In this document: positions 25,925 through 40,409 of the stretch, piece by piece
Layout of the letters: the number at the start of each line of letters is the position of its first letter
How positions within the stretch are numbered: the stretch's first letter is position 1
DNA from: Bugula neritina
Lineage: Eukaryota > Animalia > Bryozoa
Length of the DNA: 64,000 nucleotides
Direction: 5' to 3'
Assembly (NCBI GenBank): GCA_964035545.1
Contig: OZ037765.1
Span: forward strand, 620,001 to 684,000
Notes under the pieces: model-generated
What the model saw: only the letters and a program-made list of their open reading frames with translations
Database searches by the model: none
Told to the model about the DNA's origin: nothing
Program-made: the position numbers and the translations under genes

Positions 25925-28439
25925 GAGATTCAAGATTATAGAGAAAACTAAAATAGAATATTGCAAAGAAAAGCACTATAATAATATATTATATCTCAGA
26001 GCATAACAGCAATTTGTTTTGCAAAAAAAGAAAATATAATGAAAGTATGTATGTAAAATCTAACTTCTATAAGTTTTTATTTGCTGTTTATGAATTTATG
26101 CCAAGGTAATGGTAAAGAATTCTCGACATACTTCATTTATATGCAGTACTCAAATATTCAAATATATCTTAGCCGTCATTCACATATACTGTTTGAGGGT
26201 CTAAACTTTTAAACTAATTCAGTGAGTAAACTGTGTGCTGCATGCAATGAAATTCAACAATATTTATTACTGGTTTTATGGTACCTGAGACTCCAAATCG
26301 TGCCAGCTAGAAAATTCACCAACTTGAGCATCGATTTTTTTTATAAAACAACATAATTTCAGCATCAAAACAGTCAGTAGATTATAACTAAAATATATAT
26401 TTGTGTAGTGCATAAATGAGTGTCAAGAATTTTAAAGAAACTATAGTTATAATTATAATTTTTATTTAGATAATCTATAATAATTCATTTAAATTAGTAT
26501 AATGCACCAGGAATCTTTGCATTTATTTACATTACAATAATGTATGTAGTAATGCTTTTGGTTTATTGTATCTGATTATAATTAAAAATATTTTTAAAAT
26601 AAAACATACAGTAACTGCTGATTGAGCTCCAATTAATCTTTGACTTCAAATTAGTAAAAAGTGTATTATAAATAAAATGTTTATAACATAAAACACTTGG
26701 GCTGTTAATAATATTCAGTAGAAAATATAAAAGTTATTTGTGCAAAAGAGATCCATTAAACAATTGAGTTCACTAAGCTATCCAGTATATTGGAGAATAG
26801 ATATAGTAGCTATAATTTTCCTGATAATAATTTTTCTAATTCAAAACAAAACAACTAAACTTTCAGTGAACAAGTAGACAATAACAAAAGAAAATGTTAA
26901 AGCACTTAATTAGCAAGTCATACTCGGAGTAAACTTATGTAACAATGTAATTATACACTAGGGAGTCAGAACTAACTTATGTAACAAAATAATTATATAA
27001 TTAGGAGTCAGAACTAAAATGGAAGAGTGTAAAGTTATCACATATACTCTAGAGCGTAATTATTTCAAGTTGTAAAAGCAGCATAACGGAATGAATATCC
27101 AACAGTTTATTAAGCATTCAACGTTGCGCTTAGCGCAACGTTCTACTCAAATAGATGATCACATCACGTGATTCTTGCCTATATACGCAACGCAACGACT
27201 GCAATAGTTGTCAATTCATTAATTAGATAACAGCACGCCCTCGCCCATTGGCTGTAGCCTTACGTCTTGGCAGCCCGGATGTTTCAGTGCAGACGTTGAC
27301 CCTACAGTTAGTAGAATAGTAGCGCGCTGGCAATGCAAGTTCCATCGCATAAATAGCAATAAATTTTAATGATATAATTAGCAAAATATAAATGAATTTG
27401 AATTGGAATTAACTTCAAGAGGCACAGGTTAGTTTTGTTTTTCAGTATTTGTATGATTTGAAGCTTTCCTTAAGTATTGTTTATCTATTTCAACTTAATA
27501 ATAAATATTTGGTTTATTTAACATGTTTAGGAGTTTAACAAGTTTGAAATACCAGTGCGTAATCGGTGCATGATAAAATTTATGGCTATGTGTTTACTTT
27601 ATAATAGATTTCTCATAAAATTACAATTTCTTAAGACAGGCTCTCCAGTTATTGATCAGATTGTCACAGGATAGAATCCTAATTTGTAGCTTAAAGTTTT
27701 ACTTTTACTCATAACAGTAATTCACTGCAACTATACTAATTCAAGTCAACTTTGAATACAAGTTCAATCTTTGTTTATATGATACATGCACTAATACTTG
27801 TCTTAACTAATAATTAATTAACTTTGTCTATGGCAGTTATCATTTGTTGTCATTTTTATTATAAACTTTAATATTTTAGTAGACCTACAATGTCATTTCC
27901 TAGAGTCAAACTCACCCTAGCTAGCCACTAAAAAAAGGCAAGAGGTGATTAATCTAAAATCCGCATATATGTTTGAATACTTTACAATGTCATAAATAAT
28001 TTTTGTTTGTTTTGTTTTTAAAAACCTATTATAACTGTATATATTAACCTACTTTTATAGTTTCTTACGGCAGTTGGAATACGTAAAAATAAAGTTACGA
28101 AAACCAACACCAGTACAACTCATCTATAGTTAGTGGCGACGCTACAAAGAGAGTTACTGAGAGCTTTAAATTGGCTTTTTAGTATTTTTGTAAAAAGTTT
28201 TAACTGAAAAGCTTTTTATCAATATCATGCTATATGCCTGGTATGAGTATAATAGCAATACTCATTACGAGTATATATTATAGCTAATCGCATATGAGTT
28301 GCAATATTACTCATAAGCCTTGTTCTGTTTTTAAAGTGAACTTGAAAATATATTAAAAATAATAAATTAAACTGTGTAATGATGCAATCATTATCAACTA
28401 GATTAAACCAGAAAATCACTTCAGTGACAAAATCTCGTC

Positions 28440-28572
28440 TGCTGATTGGTTGTTCTACAATATAAAAAGAGCTGCACAAACTGAACTTACCATCAGTTTA
28501 GATACATTCAACCACCTGGTAGCACCAACTATAAAGCCTGTCACTTTCTAGCACCTGTCTCTAGCTTTCAAC
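28440..28572 (+). promoter_or_regulatory. Lys2 core promoter/5' UTR
   Basis: CTGATTGGTT (reverse CCAAT) followed by AATATAAAA about 110 bp before the ATG; conserved among paralogs. Confidence 0.7.
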
Positions 28573-29902
28573 ATGCATCTGTCTTTAGCTGTGTTGGTTT
28601 GTCTTTCTCTTGCTTTTGTCACCCAGACTCAAGCATATGGTAAGTATACAAATACTTCTTGTAGATTTGTTTTAAATGTATAGAAAATTATAGCAGGTTT
28701 TGTAATAATCATAGCAACTGAAGTTTTATTATTAAATTCACTTGTTGGCTAGACAATGCTATTCTCACTCCCTATTTCTATTTCATACCTCATTAACCAT
28801 ATATTTATATTTCTATATTCAAAACAATAGTATATTAAAGCAGGTTTTTATTGCCGTTTCTGAATACATGCTTTACCAAATAAAAGTTTTAAGTTTAATT
28901 ATATATTTGGTAGATGCGAGCAAAGAATATATGAATTTTAAGCTGTTGTTGTTTTTATTTTAGTTAGCAGTGCCTGTCTGAATTGCATTGGTCGGGTGAG
29001 TTTCTGGTTTAAATTTATTTCACTTAATAAAATAATTATTATTCATTATCGCAAATAATATCAATACTTTGTTTCAAAATTGAAATAATAATGAACTTGC
29101 TGCAGTTAGAACGATAAAGTGAGACCATGTTTGTGTTTTCAGATAGAGGGTGGTGGAAGTGGATGTAATTGGGACGTTGGCTCCTACTCATGTGGTAGAT
29201 ACCAGATAAAGCTGCCATATTACACTGACTGCCGTCAACCTGGATCTGGTGAGATCGATGTGATAAAATTTATTTTTTTTGCAATGACTTTAGTTATTTA
29301 TTATAACAAAATTTATTGAATATTTACATTAACTTTTAATCTGTGAGAATTAATATAATTCTCAAATATTTTTCAGCAAAAGTCTTTTCTTTGTATTCTC
29401 ACAACAATTCTTAGAATATTTGTAAACTGAATTGTTCTACAAACATGTATAAATTATCTTTACTATAGTAATAATATTATATTTAACAATAAATATTATA
29501 AAATTCATAAAGGATACATGAAAATACTTGGATTTAGCATCTTTTTATATCATACTAATTCAGTTTATGTAAACCGTTCAAACTATAATTAAGTCTATAA
29601 TCTTGCATTCACAAAGCGACATAATATAACTCCCTGACTGCAGAGAGTTGTGTTCTCATATTCTGTTTGTTTGACTCACAGGGTGGAAGAGTTGTGCTGC
29701 CAGTGACTCATGTTCTAGAACATGTGTCAGGAATTACATGTCCAGATATGCAAGTACATGTGCTCGTCATCTCGGGAAATCCACTAGTCAGCTGACCTGT
29801 CAAGACTACGGCAGACTTCACAACGGAGGACCCAGTGGCTGCAGCAGATCTGCTACTCTCAGCTATGCTGCTAAAATAGCATCTCGATGCCGACTGAGTT
29901 AA
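28573..29902 (+). CDS. Lys2: i-type lysozyme/destabilase, 141 aa; exons 28573-28639, 28964-28995, 29143-29248, 29682-29902
   Basis: CLNCIGRIEGGGSGCNWDVGSYSCGRYQIKLPYYTDC...DYGRLHNGGPSGC; canonical catalytic residues; head-to-head with Lys1. Confidence 0.95.
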
Positions 29903-31460
29903 AACTCACTAACTCGCTCCTATCGCTTGAAAAAGCATTTACGCTTCTGTGAAGATTTCTTTTGAGTAAAATAAACTAACATACTTCTTAATGTCCTGCA
30001 TATAAAGTAACTGAATAAAAACAGTTCATAAATTTATGAATAATTGATGTAAAACATGTTCCTTCGTTTTGTCCTGTATTGTAGCTGCTGCAATAAAATG
30101 AATAAAATATAGTCACCTAAATTCTTATAATATTTGTTGTATAATGAAACTGCAAATAATTCAAGTTGAACAAAGTAAAAACAAGTTGGATGTTAAGATT
30201 CTGTTTCAATTATTCTGTAAAAATAACTGATGGAAATACAAAACCTCTGTAAGGTGAACACAAGTGAACTACTGGTCTACCCATGCATACTAAAGTACAA
30301 CAGCTATTCTTTACTATACTGAAAACTATACTAATATAAACAGCTTTTTATACTACACTTCCACTTATGGTGATAGATGCACTATAATATATTATAATAT
30401 AGTATAATATGTTTTAATATAATAGTGTATTATATTATTATTATATTATATTATAGTATATTGTAGAAACATGCTTAGTTTCTTCCCAAAAACCTCTTGA
30501 TGACCCACGACACAGCACCCAATCAAAAATTATAATAAAAAGCTTTGTGGCATGGCATAATGACTGCACTTATAGGACACGATTATCTAGCCTTTTTGGC
30601 TGGTAGCAAACTCACAGTGAATAGTTTACGGAAAGCTATTGAAAAAGTTGAAAAAATTAAAAATTAAAAAGAAACGAGCTGTATACATATAATAAGCACA
30701 GTGGACATTAATCTAACGTGGCAATGACTCTCTTAATGCTAGCTCACGTTTCTTTTCCATGTAGCTTTAAGTACCTAACGTAATACGTGAGAGTATTGAG
30801 CTGTATATATATTATAATAAGCATACCACAGTATAGACATTATCTCAAGTACCTAAAGTAATACGTGAGAGTAGCTGGAATAAGTGATCTGGCAGAGAAA
30901 ATGGAATGTACATGTTTTACCCAGCATTGAGATAGAATTCGTGGTGAGATTTTCATGAAATTGTCTTGGAAAGTTATTCATACGTTTCAAATGGAAAAAA
31001 ACCATCCAAATCAAATATGAAATATTACTACAGTCAAGTGTCATACAAAATCTATAATACACACATGAGCTAAGGATGTCCAATCTTCATAGAATAACTA
31101 CATGCATGATTTAAACCAAGCCAGCCTTCATTTGTCAGCATTGCTTTGACTTCAACTAAAGGAACTCTAGTAAAATAAACATATTCTTTTCCCAATATAT
31201 TCTAAATAACTTGTGGGAAAACAATGAAAACAACAAAGTATTTTATAAATAGAAACAAACAGTTTAATCTTATAATACTGTGATTAGTTGACATTAAAGC
31301 TATAATCAGTCTAAAGCACAATGAAATCTGCTTAAATTTCATTGGATGCTTCAAAATTATTTAAAAGTTGAGCAAAGTGGCAATTAAATGTGTCACTTTC
31401 AATCACATGCTAGCACTAACTAAGCCTGTCACTTTCAACCACCTGTCTCTGCCTGTCAAC

Positions 31461-33260
31461 ATGTATCTGTTTGCTGTGACTGTTTTCTTCCTTTTTATAT
31501 CAAAGAGCCAGCAGACTTACAATCCCAACTGTAAGTATGACTATATATATTAATGTATACTCATACATTCTACAAAACCAAAGACACAGTACTATAATAT
31601 GTACTATTGCAATATCTAAAATTCATTATAATTATAAGATTCTCTTATATTTTATATATGTTTAAAGATCACATAATAAACCGTAAACATTACACTGCTA
31701 AGTTGTAATATTTTTCATTTCTATATTTTGTAATAACATAATTTTATTTGATGATATAAATTCACTAAACTATTAATCATTTCATTTGTTTCACCAAACT
31801 TCAACATATTTGGCATAATCTATCAGATATTTATACATACCAACACTACTTAAGACTATCCATATGCAGAAATTGTGACGTCATGCTCTATGTTGTGTTT
31901 CAGTCAGCTATCCCAGTGTAGTCAGTAGAGAGTGTATCAGATGTATTGGCAGGGTAAGTGTTCATTGATACTAAAAATAACATTTTAAATATAATTAAAA
32001 TGATAAAAGACTATAAAAATAGACAGGAATTTAATGATTGTTTGTTAAAACTTCTCTTATTTGCAACAAAAAACAATGGGAGCATATCAATGAGTAATGG
32101 TATCTCGTTATATATTTCCATAAACAAGTTAATGTTAAGTTGTGTGATGGTGTTGCCACGGTGATAATCAGCTACTGCTAATAAAAATTCTGATTAAATC
32201 CTTTATTATATTTTTTCCTTAGCAAACAAAAATAAAATATATATTTAAGAATTATTCCTGCAATTAGCCCATGCGTTCACAGTTAACACACTTACAATTA
32301 AATAGCATATAATGTGAATGAAATCAATGGAGAAGCTGAATTCAATTATCAGTATACATAGGAAACACACCTATAGTTAAAAAATTAAATAATAATCAGA
32401 ATATCGCAAAGCATTTTTACAGATATAGTTTAAGAACTGCTGATATTCTAGACGATTACAATGGAATATTATATAAGCGTTGCATCACCCTGAATGTTGT
32501 AGATAGAAGAAGGACCACCAGCTAGCTGTGAGAGAAATGGAAAGGCTGAGGTTGGATGTGGGGATTACCATCTCACAAAGGAGTACCATAAAGAATGTGG
32601 TAACCTTGGAAACGGTAATATACAATGTGCTGTCATGGTATATATTTAACTATACTCCATTATATAGCCAAGCAAATATAGCTCTTATAATCCTCTCAAG
32701 TTTAAACACTATTATATAATAAAGGCCTGTGCATTTTAGAGGGAGTTTTCCTAAACTCTTGCTATTTATACCTACTTTTTACTTGAAGTGTGGGAGTGGT
32801 GTTAATAAAAAACTCAATTATATAGTTCATAACCTCAATAGGTGTTTCTTAACAATTATTCATTTTGTAGTTGACCTAGTAAGGTTTTTAAAAAAATATA
32901 AAAGTTTCTATAACACAGCTATAATTATAGTTTAAGCTACTACAAAATTTAAATAAATTCTTTAATTCAACTGGGTTGCAATTAAGATATTAGCAGTTAT
33001 AACTTGTGCAAAAGTCACTCTCAACATCTAACTTTACAGACTGGCCATTGTGTGGAATATACAATTCGTGTGCTATAGCATGTATTAACACGTACGTAGC
33101 AAAGTATCGGGACATCTGCGCGTACCACGTCAACAAGCCAATCCACCTGCTCACTTGTCAAGACTACGCCAGGATTCACTTTGGGGGACCAAAGGGATGC
33201 CGAGGGTCAACAGCTAAGCTATATGCTGACGCTGTTGCCAGCCTGTGCGAGCTGGACTAG
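31461..33260 (+). CDS. Lys3: divergent i-type lysozyme-like protein, 150 aa; exons 31461-31530, 31904-31953, 32503-32614, 33040-33260
   Basis: Same exon structure and Cys scaffold; CIRCIGRIEEGPPASCERNGKAEVGCGDYHLTKEYHKECG...TCQDYARIHFGGPKGC; no Asp at the DVGS position. Confidence 0.9.
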
Positions 33261-34699
33261 GCTTTGTATTGATTAAAATGCTAATGTAAATTATTATTTT
33301 GTGCTAAAATTATCAACTTTGCTTGTGTTTATTCTCCACTAATGATAAACAGATAATAAGATATTTGAAAGATATATTCAAGTCCTCAGTTTTAAAAGTA
33401 TTTTTATACAAAACTTTGTATATAGCAAGTAAACATGTTATATTAGCATAGCCTGCTATTAAACTACTCTGTGATCTATTTATAGAAAATAATGCATTCC
33501 TTTTGAAACAAGTTTTCATGGATCTATATATACAAGTATATATTATACTATAAATGAAAAAATTATTTCCGTATAAATTTAAACTTTGTAATAAACAAAT
33601 ACCATAACAATGTTGGATTTGCTATTGCCATGTTTATATATAGGATTACATGAAAGGTAGAGCCTAGTTCTTATCAACAATTGCTTATATATATAGCTGA
33701 ACTATTATATAAATTTATAGTTAGCTAATGTTTCATGCTCTAAAATTATGTTGTAGATATCTCACTGTAACATGAGCTTATATCAACAATCAGTCACATT
33801 TTCTATATTTAAAGTCAAACAATAACTTAGTCAGTTACAGAGAAAAGTGAAAGATTATAGAATATTTGAAATTTTTACCATTCAGCAAACAAATAAACTA
33901 ACAATATCTCTTGAGTGATTTTAAACTCACATTGTTTTTGAGCTACAAACACATCTTTGGTAGATTGAAACATTTCCTGTAGTTATTAGAATCTGTTATA
34001 CTATAATAATCAGATATAATGCCAGGGGTATTTTTGGAACTATTTGCTTTATAACCTAATATGTCCTAATTTATTTGTTCATTTGCTAGTTTTTCTTGTA
34101 GCTTAAATTTCAGTTTGAAAACCACAGAAATTACAAACAATAGTTTACAGTTTGCAATGATATTTTAATTTTATAATATTTAATATCTATGGGTCTACTC
34201 CAAAAAATAAAGAATGCGGTATAATGAGACGGAGGTATTGTATATTATTTCAACATGTAATCAAATAAAATAGCCCCATACTTTAAAATAGCTTATTTAG
34301 TAATCAGAAACCTGAGAATACTGTTGGAAATGTATTGTGGCATATTTGCATGTTTTTTTAGTGCAAGTTTTCGTTGTTATAATTTTTACTTAAATATTTT
34401 AATAAAATGCCTTCGCTAGAGTTTCTATAATAATTTTTTATAAATTAATTCTAATTTATATAAAAAAAATTTAGTTAGAATCAAATAAAGTAGTTTGACA
34501 ATGAAATTAATATTTTTGAAAGTTGTCTACCCTCTATATAGTGGCAATCAGTTGGTGTTTGTCTTTCCTTTTGGATGTCTTTATAATTCTGCTATAAATG
34601 CTAATATTATACTTTTATGCTGTGGCAGTTTGACATGTTCAATGAATAAGACAGCTACTGAAAGGGATTGAATCAGTAAGATGAGCAGTATATCTAGGA

Positions 34700-35200
34700 T
34701 ATACAGTAATATATAGTAATATAGAATATACAATAGATAGTAATATAAAATATACAATATATAGTAATATAGAATATACAATAGATAGTAATATAAAATA
34801 TACAATATATAGTAATATAGAATATACAATATATAGTAGTGTAGAATATACAACAATATATAGTAATATAGAATAGACGATATATAGTAATATAGAATAT
34901 ACAATATATAGTAGTGTAGAATATACAGTAATATATAGTAATATAGAATATACAATATATAGTAATATAGAATATACAATATATAGTAGTATAGAATATA
35001 TAATAGATAGTAATATAGAATATATAATATAGATAGTAATATAGAATATATAATATAGATAGTATTATACAATATACAGTAGATAGTAGTGTAGAATATA
35101 TAATATATAGTAGTATAGAATATATAATATATAGTAGTATAGAGTATACAGTAGATAGTAGTATAGAACATACAATAAATAGTACTATATAATATAAAAT
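34700..35200. repeat. AT-rich minisatellite (~24-bp unit TAGTAATATAGAATATACAATATA)
   Basis: Direct inspection; inverted homolog at 48030-48470. Confidence 0.9.
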
Positions 35201-35625
35201 ATACATAGTAGTTATATTTACATTATATTTCTTATATATTTATGTTATATATTATATTATATTTACATGTATATTATATGTATCATGCTAATAACAAAAC
35301 TAACTGTTTTAAATGTTATATATTTTTAAAGAAGAATTTCTCCGTTATTTGAAGGTTCATTGAAAAGAGCATTACAAGTTTAGGTATAATACTTTTGCTA
35401 TCATTTTATTTTAGTTCAAAAAGTGAAACTGAAATACAGCTGCTTTAGTAATTTAGTAAATTCAAAACATATTTAAAGTATGTAATTGTTGTTTATAAGC
35501 TATATTGTAAGCAGAAAGCATTTAAATTAATTTATTTTATATAATTAGCTGCATTATATAATCAGACAATCCTATTGCTTGATTATTGTTCAAAGGAGTA
35601 CTGGGCTGTCCTCTATATAGCAGCA

Positions 35626-37657
35626 TTATGGCAGTTTACACTTCTTCCATATTTTCCGAGCATAACTCTTAGTAGATGATGATTTGCAGCCATTACGACC
35701 CCCTTTGTGTATTCTGCCATAGTCTTGGCATGTCAGGTACTCATCGGTCCTTGTAACGAATTGATTCAAACATCTGTCTTCATATTTAGACACGTACCTC
35801 CGAATACATCTTCTCGCGCATGCCTCATTGACAACGCAACTCTTATAATCTGTCAGTCAAAGAAAGCATTAGTTTGAACATGCAGGAAGAATAACACTCT
35901 CTTTCCCTGCAGTTATAAGTTACTATAGATTGTTAAAAGTTCTTTATATGTTATATGATATTGTACTTAGAACTTCTCTTTTATTGTTATAAACATTACA
36001 CTCACTGGTGCTATAATTACCTTAGCATTACAGTGAAATTGGGAAAATGTCTTCAAAATTTATCATTTAATGTTACATAATAATATGTATTTAAAGGATC
36101 TATAGTTTTGAGTGCGTTCATTTGCGTAAATCCCAAATCGGTTTCCATGTGACATGTACTCGTTATATATGAAATACTATACAGCAGGCAAGAAAGATCA
36201 TGAATGATGTTACTGCAATAAATATAACGCATCTGAAATCCTATTAACTATTATAATACTTTTGCATATTCAATAGTAAAACCAAAAACATAAAAACAAT
36301 GTTGAAAAACAACTTCATAGCAACGTAAAAAGTTTTTCTTTGTTAAGATACACTACAAAATTTGAGCATAGTTTATTTATATTTCTACTCACCATCATGG
36401 CAATTATGTCAAACACATAATGTTCTAAGAGACGATATCAAATTAGAACCTTGCTACTTTAACTAGAACTTTAAAGGAATATCTTATAATCTAGCAAACT
36501 TTAGCTATATAACTGCATGGGTTGGCAGCTTGTATATGAAATATGTATCTCACCAGTTCCAGGTTTACCACATTCTATGTAGTATGACTCCGCTATTGCA
36601 TATTTATTACACAAGTAAGAACCGCCGACCCAACTACATCCATTTCCACCACCACTCTCTATCTGCAAACACAAACACTTCAGTTTATTGAAGTTTATGT
36701 ATTTGGCTATAATAGTTTTCTTCATCATATATCTTTACTAACAGTATTATATAGCAGGGAATAGAAATTAGTTCATGTTAGTAAGTAAATAGTAAGCATA
36801 ACGTAGGCCTACTATATGCAGTAACTTACCTTACCAATACAATCCAGACAAGCATTGGTTACTAAAACAAAAAGTAATAAAAGTATATGAAGAGTTTAAT
36901 ATTGTGAAAATAAAACTTCAATTTTGTTTGGAAATTACAAAACAAGTGCTTTTGTTCCAAAAAATAGAAAAAAGGGGGATTGAGGCACTTATAGAACTGA
37001 AACAGATTATAGAACATCCATATAAACTTGAATAACTCCAAAATTATGTCTATGTTGCTATTTGAAAAACAAAAGACTGGAGATTGAAAAATCATTAAAA
37101 GAAATTAAACAAGAGAATGACTCTGAGACTATTTTATATACGTACATTATATATCTATAGCTGAAAAAAAGGTCTAACTGATATATCTACATGTATGTAT
37201 TGCTTATAAGTAAATGCTGAAGGTGAGTCAAATATATTTTATTGCATTTCCACGTTTAATTTGCACATGCATACCGTTTACTATAGGATTAAGTGCAATG
37301 CAGGTGCAAGTCCAGCCACAGTTGAGTTAGAAACATGACAATGTTTGGGGAAAGAAAAAAGTTGCGTGTTGGAAAGATTTCTGAGGTTATAGATAGATAG
37401 CAGAAATATATAGAGTTTATTAGGTGTACTATTATAGAGCTATATGATATTAATGCAAAAATAAGAAGTCGTATTAACATTGTAACAAAAATATTAGGTC
37501 GAGTTATAAAAAGTTTAATTATAATTATTACTATAAAAATAAATTTGAATAATTATATGTTTATAAAGAATGAGTGTTACTTACTGTGCTTGTACGCTTG
37601 AGACTGGGTGACAAAAGCTAGAGAAAGACAAACTAACACAGCTAAAGACAGATACAT
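35626..37657 (-). CDS. Lys4: divergent, cationic i-type lysozyme-like protein, 145 aa; exons 37657-37585, 36861-36830, 36662-36554, 35849-35626
   Basis: CLDCIGKIESGGGNGCSWVGGSYLCNKYAIAESYYIECGKPG...TCQDYGRIHKGGRNGCKSSSTKSYARKIWKKCKLP*; Asp replaced by Val. Confidence 0.92.
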
Positions 37658-37802
37658 GTTGACAGGCAGAGACAAGTGCTTGAAAGTGACAGGCTCAGTC
37701 AGAGCTAGCAGGTGGTTGAATGTATCAAAACAGTTTGTGCAGCTCCTTTTATGTTGTAGAACAACCAATCAGGAGACACAACTGACTTTGTTGTTTGTTG
37801 TT

Positions 37803-39296
37803 TGACCTGAGACAGCACAGCCCCCACATTGTGGTCACTCAGATAGGGGTATGCCAAGATGGGTGCTTCCATCAGCGATCCTTGAGCATACGTCCACTGC
37901 CAGCGGATCCCCTTAGCTGTCAGCTGGTTTAACGGCTGAGCAATTTCTGCAAAGTTTGGTATGTACTGTCTATAGCACCCTAACAACCCCAGAAACGCTC
38001 GCAATTCAAGGAGGTCCAAAGGGACGGCCCAGTCTCTCACAGCCTGTACCTTCTCGGGGTCGGTGGCAACCCTGTCCTGACCAATTACGTGGCCCAGGCA
38101 CATAACTTCTTGTTGTAACAGCGCACACTTAGAGGGCTTAGGCTTTAGGCCGGCGGCTCGAAGTCGATCGAGCACCTCTATGGGTCGACTGATATGAGTA
38201 TCCAAATTGGGAGAGATGACGATGACGTCATTGAGGTAGATTAGCAAGGTCTTCCAGTGTAACCCACTGAGGACCTGCTCCATGAGTCGCTGAAAGGTGG
38301 CCGGGGCAGACGTAAATCCTAACGGCAGCACCTCCCATTTCCCCAGCCCATCCCGCGTTCTAAAAGCGACCATGTCCTGTGCCTCAAGACTCAGGGGCAT
38401 TTGCCAATATTTGCTTAGCAAGTTCAGCGTACTGAAGAACTTGCTGCCGGCTAAAGCATTCAGCGACTCATCGATCCTCGGAAGAGGGTAAGCGTCCTAA
38501 ATGGTCACGCTGTTCAGTTTGCGTTAATCCACGCAAAATCTCTAGCCCCTATCCTTTTTCCAAACCAGGACAACTGGAGAGCTACAAGCACTGTGTGTTG
38601 CCTCTATCAGGTCTCGGTTCAGAAAGTCTTGTGCACCTAACGGCTCACTTCCTTTTCTTTTTCAGGACCTAACCATCGGGTCGGCTGCCGAATTGGCCCA
38701 CTTCTCGCCGCCAGGGGTATTTCAAACAGCCTTAGTCAGACCCATGTCATGGTCATTGCAACTGAACACGTCTTTGTAGAAGTCCACAAATAATACCTGT
38801 CTATCAGCAGCGCTGGGCCGCCTATGACATTCTCTACAGCTGCCGGTTCAATCGGTTCCAGACAGGGAATGTCTCCTCTGCCGTCACTCGTCATATTCTT
38901 TTACTCCTTGGCTAGGAGCATTAGCTTCTAATTTAATTTTTCTGCTGCCACCACTGTTGTGAAATTTTGCTTCACTTTTTTGTGGGTAACTATGATTAAA
39001 GTAATGCTGCCGATTTAGAGTGAGAATAAGTTTATTTATACGAAAGATACAAGATTTTCTTATTACATAAAAGGACACAACGATTACATATAAGCACAAG
39101 TACAACTTGACTAGTCTACTGCTCTCCGCTAACTGCAAACTCGCTGTCAATCAACTCTAACTAATTAGTCCCATTTCTATCGTAACTAGTCGTCCCATTG
39201 TCTGAGTGTCAGTAGGCGCTGCATTAGGCTAGGTACACCGCCTCTAATATACGTGGAATACTAAGTAGTGAAACATGAAGTTGCCTGTTCGATACA
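37803..39296 (-). mobile_element. Truncated Ty3/Gypsy LTR retrotransposon: 5' LTR, PBS and degenerate RT
   Basis: RT motifs RFCVD*RKLN, DAYPLPRIDESL, LPLGFTSAPATFQRLM, IYLNDVIV, CLGHVI, RAFLGLLGCYRQYIPNFA, with stops and a mutated YLDD; gag/protease largely deleted; no 3' LTR. Confidence 0.92.
38942..39296 (-). repeat. Gypsy 5' LTR (39296-38955) plus primer-binding site (38953-38942)
   Basis: On the minus strand: starts TGTATCG, contains AATAAA, ends ...CACAACA, and one base later TGGTGGCAGCAG. Confidence 0.75.
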
Positions 39297-40280
39297 ATAA
39301 TACAATAATATATAATTTCCTTACAATATTATATAATTGTTGTTATAAAACAAATATTCTAGATTATGGGTTGTGGTACAATAAATGCAGGTATAACTTA
39401 CAAACCTTAAAAATCCTCATATATGTGATCAAAGCCGAGAAGTCCTTATCAACAACTCGTTTTCTAGTGCATTGTTTAATCTGAAGCTGCGGGCCAACCA
39501 GCAACTTGCTTAGTTCATCAAAGCCAACAATTAAGTGCATATTTCAACAACTCTTGTACTCTCTTCAAAACTGAAAGCTGTGGGACAACCAGCAACTTAC
39601 TCGCAGCCATGATCAAAGCCAACAAGTACACGTCAACAGCTCCTTCACTCTCGTCAAAACTGAAAGCTGCGGGTCAAATATTTAGCAATTTTTATTAAAA
39701 TTCATTAAATGTTTATGCAGTTTAACTCAGCAGAACATTTATTTGACTTCTGAGAAGTTTTGATCTGTTGGAATTTATTTCACAACTATTTTTTAGTAAA
39801 GTTTCTACTTTGTATTCTCACAGAAATTCTCACCGTATTTGCAAATTAAATTATTTTATGCATAAGTTAGTTCTATCATAGAAAAAAATAAATACCTAAT
39901 GATAAGTAATAAATAAAAATACTTTTGCTTAGCATCTTCTTATATCATTATAAAAATTGAGATTGATGAAATTTATACCCTTTAGAAAAAATTCGTGTGG
40001 CAGTAATGATCAATAAAATGGCTTTATGTAAATTAAATGAAGCATGCAGGTATAGCACCTATATTTAAACAATTATATAGATTTGATAAATTAATAACAT
40101 TATAGTGTTGAATAAATTCAGTAAATCTAAAGTTGGATAATAATTCAAAAAGTTTATGGAAATTGTTCAAAATAGAATTGCTTATTTTAGCATTCGATCA
40201 TACGATATCTCACATTAATTCACAAAGAAACATAAAACTCGCTGACAAAATGTTCTGATTCTGATATGTTTGACTGACAG

Positions 40281-40409
40281 ACTGGAAGAGTTGTGCTGCC
40301 AGTGACTCATGCTCTACAAGGTGCATTCAGAGCTACATGCCCAGATACGAAGGCACGTGCATGTGCTTATAATCTCGGGAAATACAGGAGTCAGCTGACC
40401 TGTCAAGAT
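40281..40409 (+). pseudogene. Lys5: truncated, frameshifted lysozyme exon 4
   Basis: Acceptor GACTGACAG then WKSCAASDSCSTRCIQSYMPRYEGTC(+4 nt)AYNLGKYRSQLTCQD, then breaks off; the preceding ~600 bp resembles lysozyme intron 3. Confidence 0.88.

Noticed and set aside
27085-27420. CpG-richer island between Lys1 and Lys2
   Set aside because: Could be a transposon end or a shared enhancer, but I found no TIR, TSD or ORF to support a call.
34581-35206. Tyr/Ile-rich ORFs (also 48115-48393, 48744-49022, 54933-55127, 58367-59071)
   Set aside because: Translations of mini- and microsatellites.
37705-38421. 238-aa RT ORF as a functional RT or RT-lysozyme fusion protein
   Set aside because: YLDD is mutated to YLND, there are upstream stops, and the frame terminates 48 bp before the Lys4 ATG.
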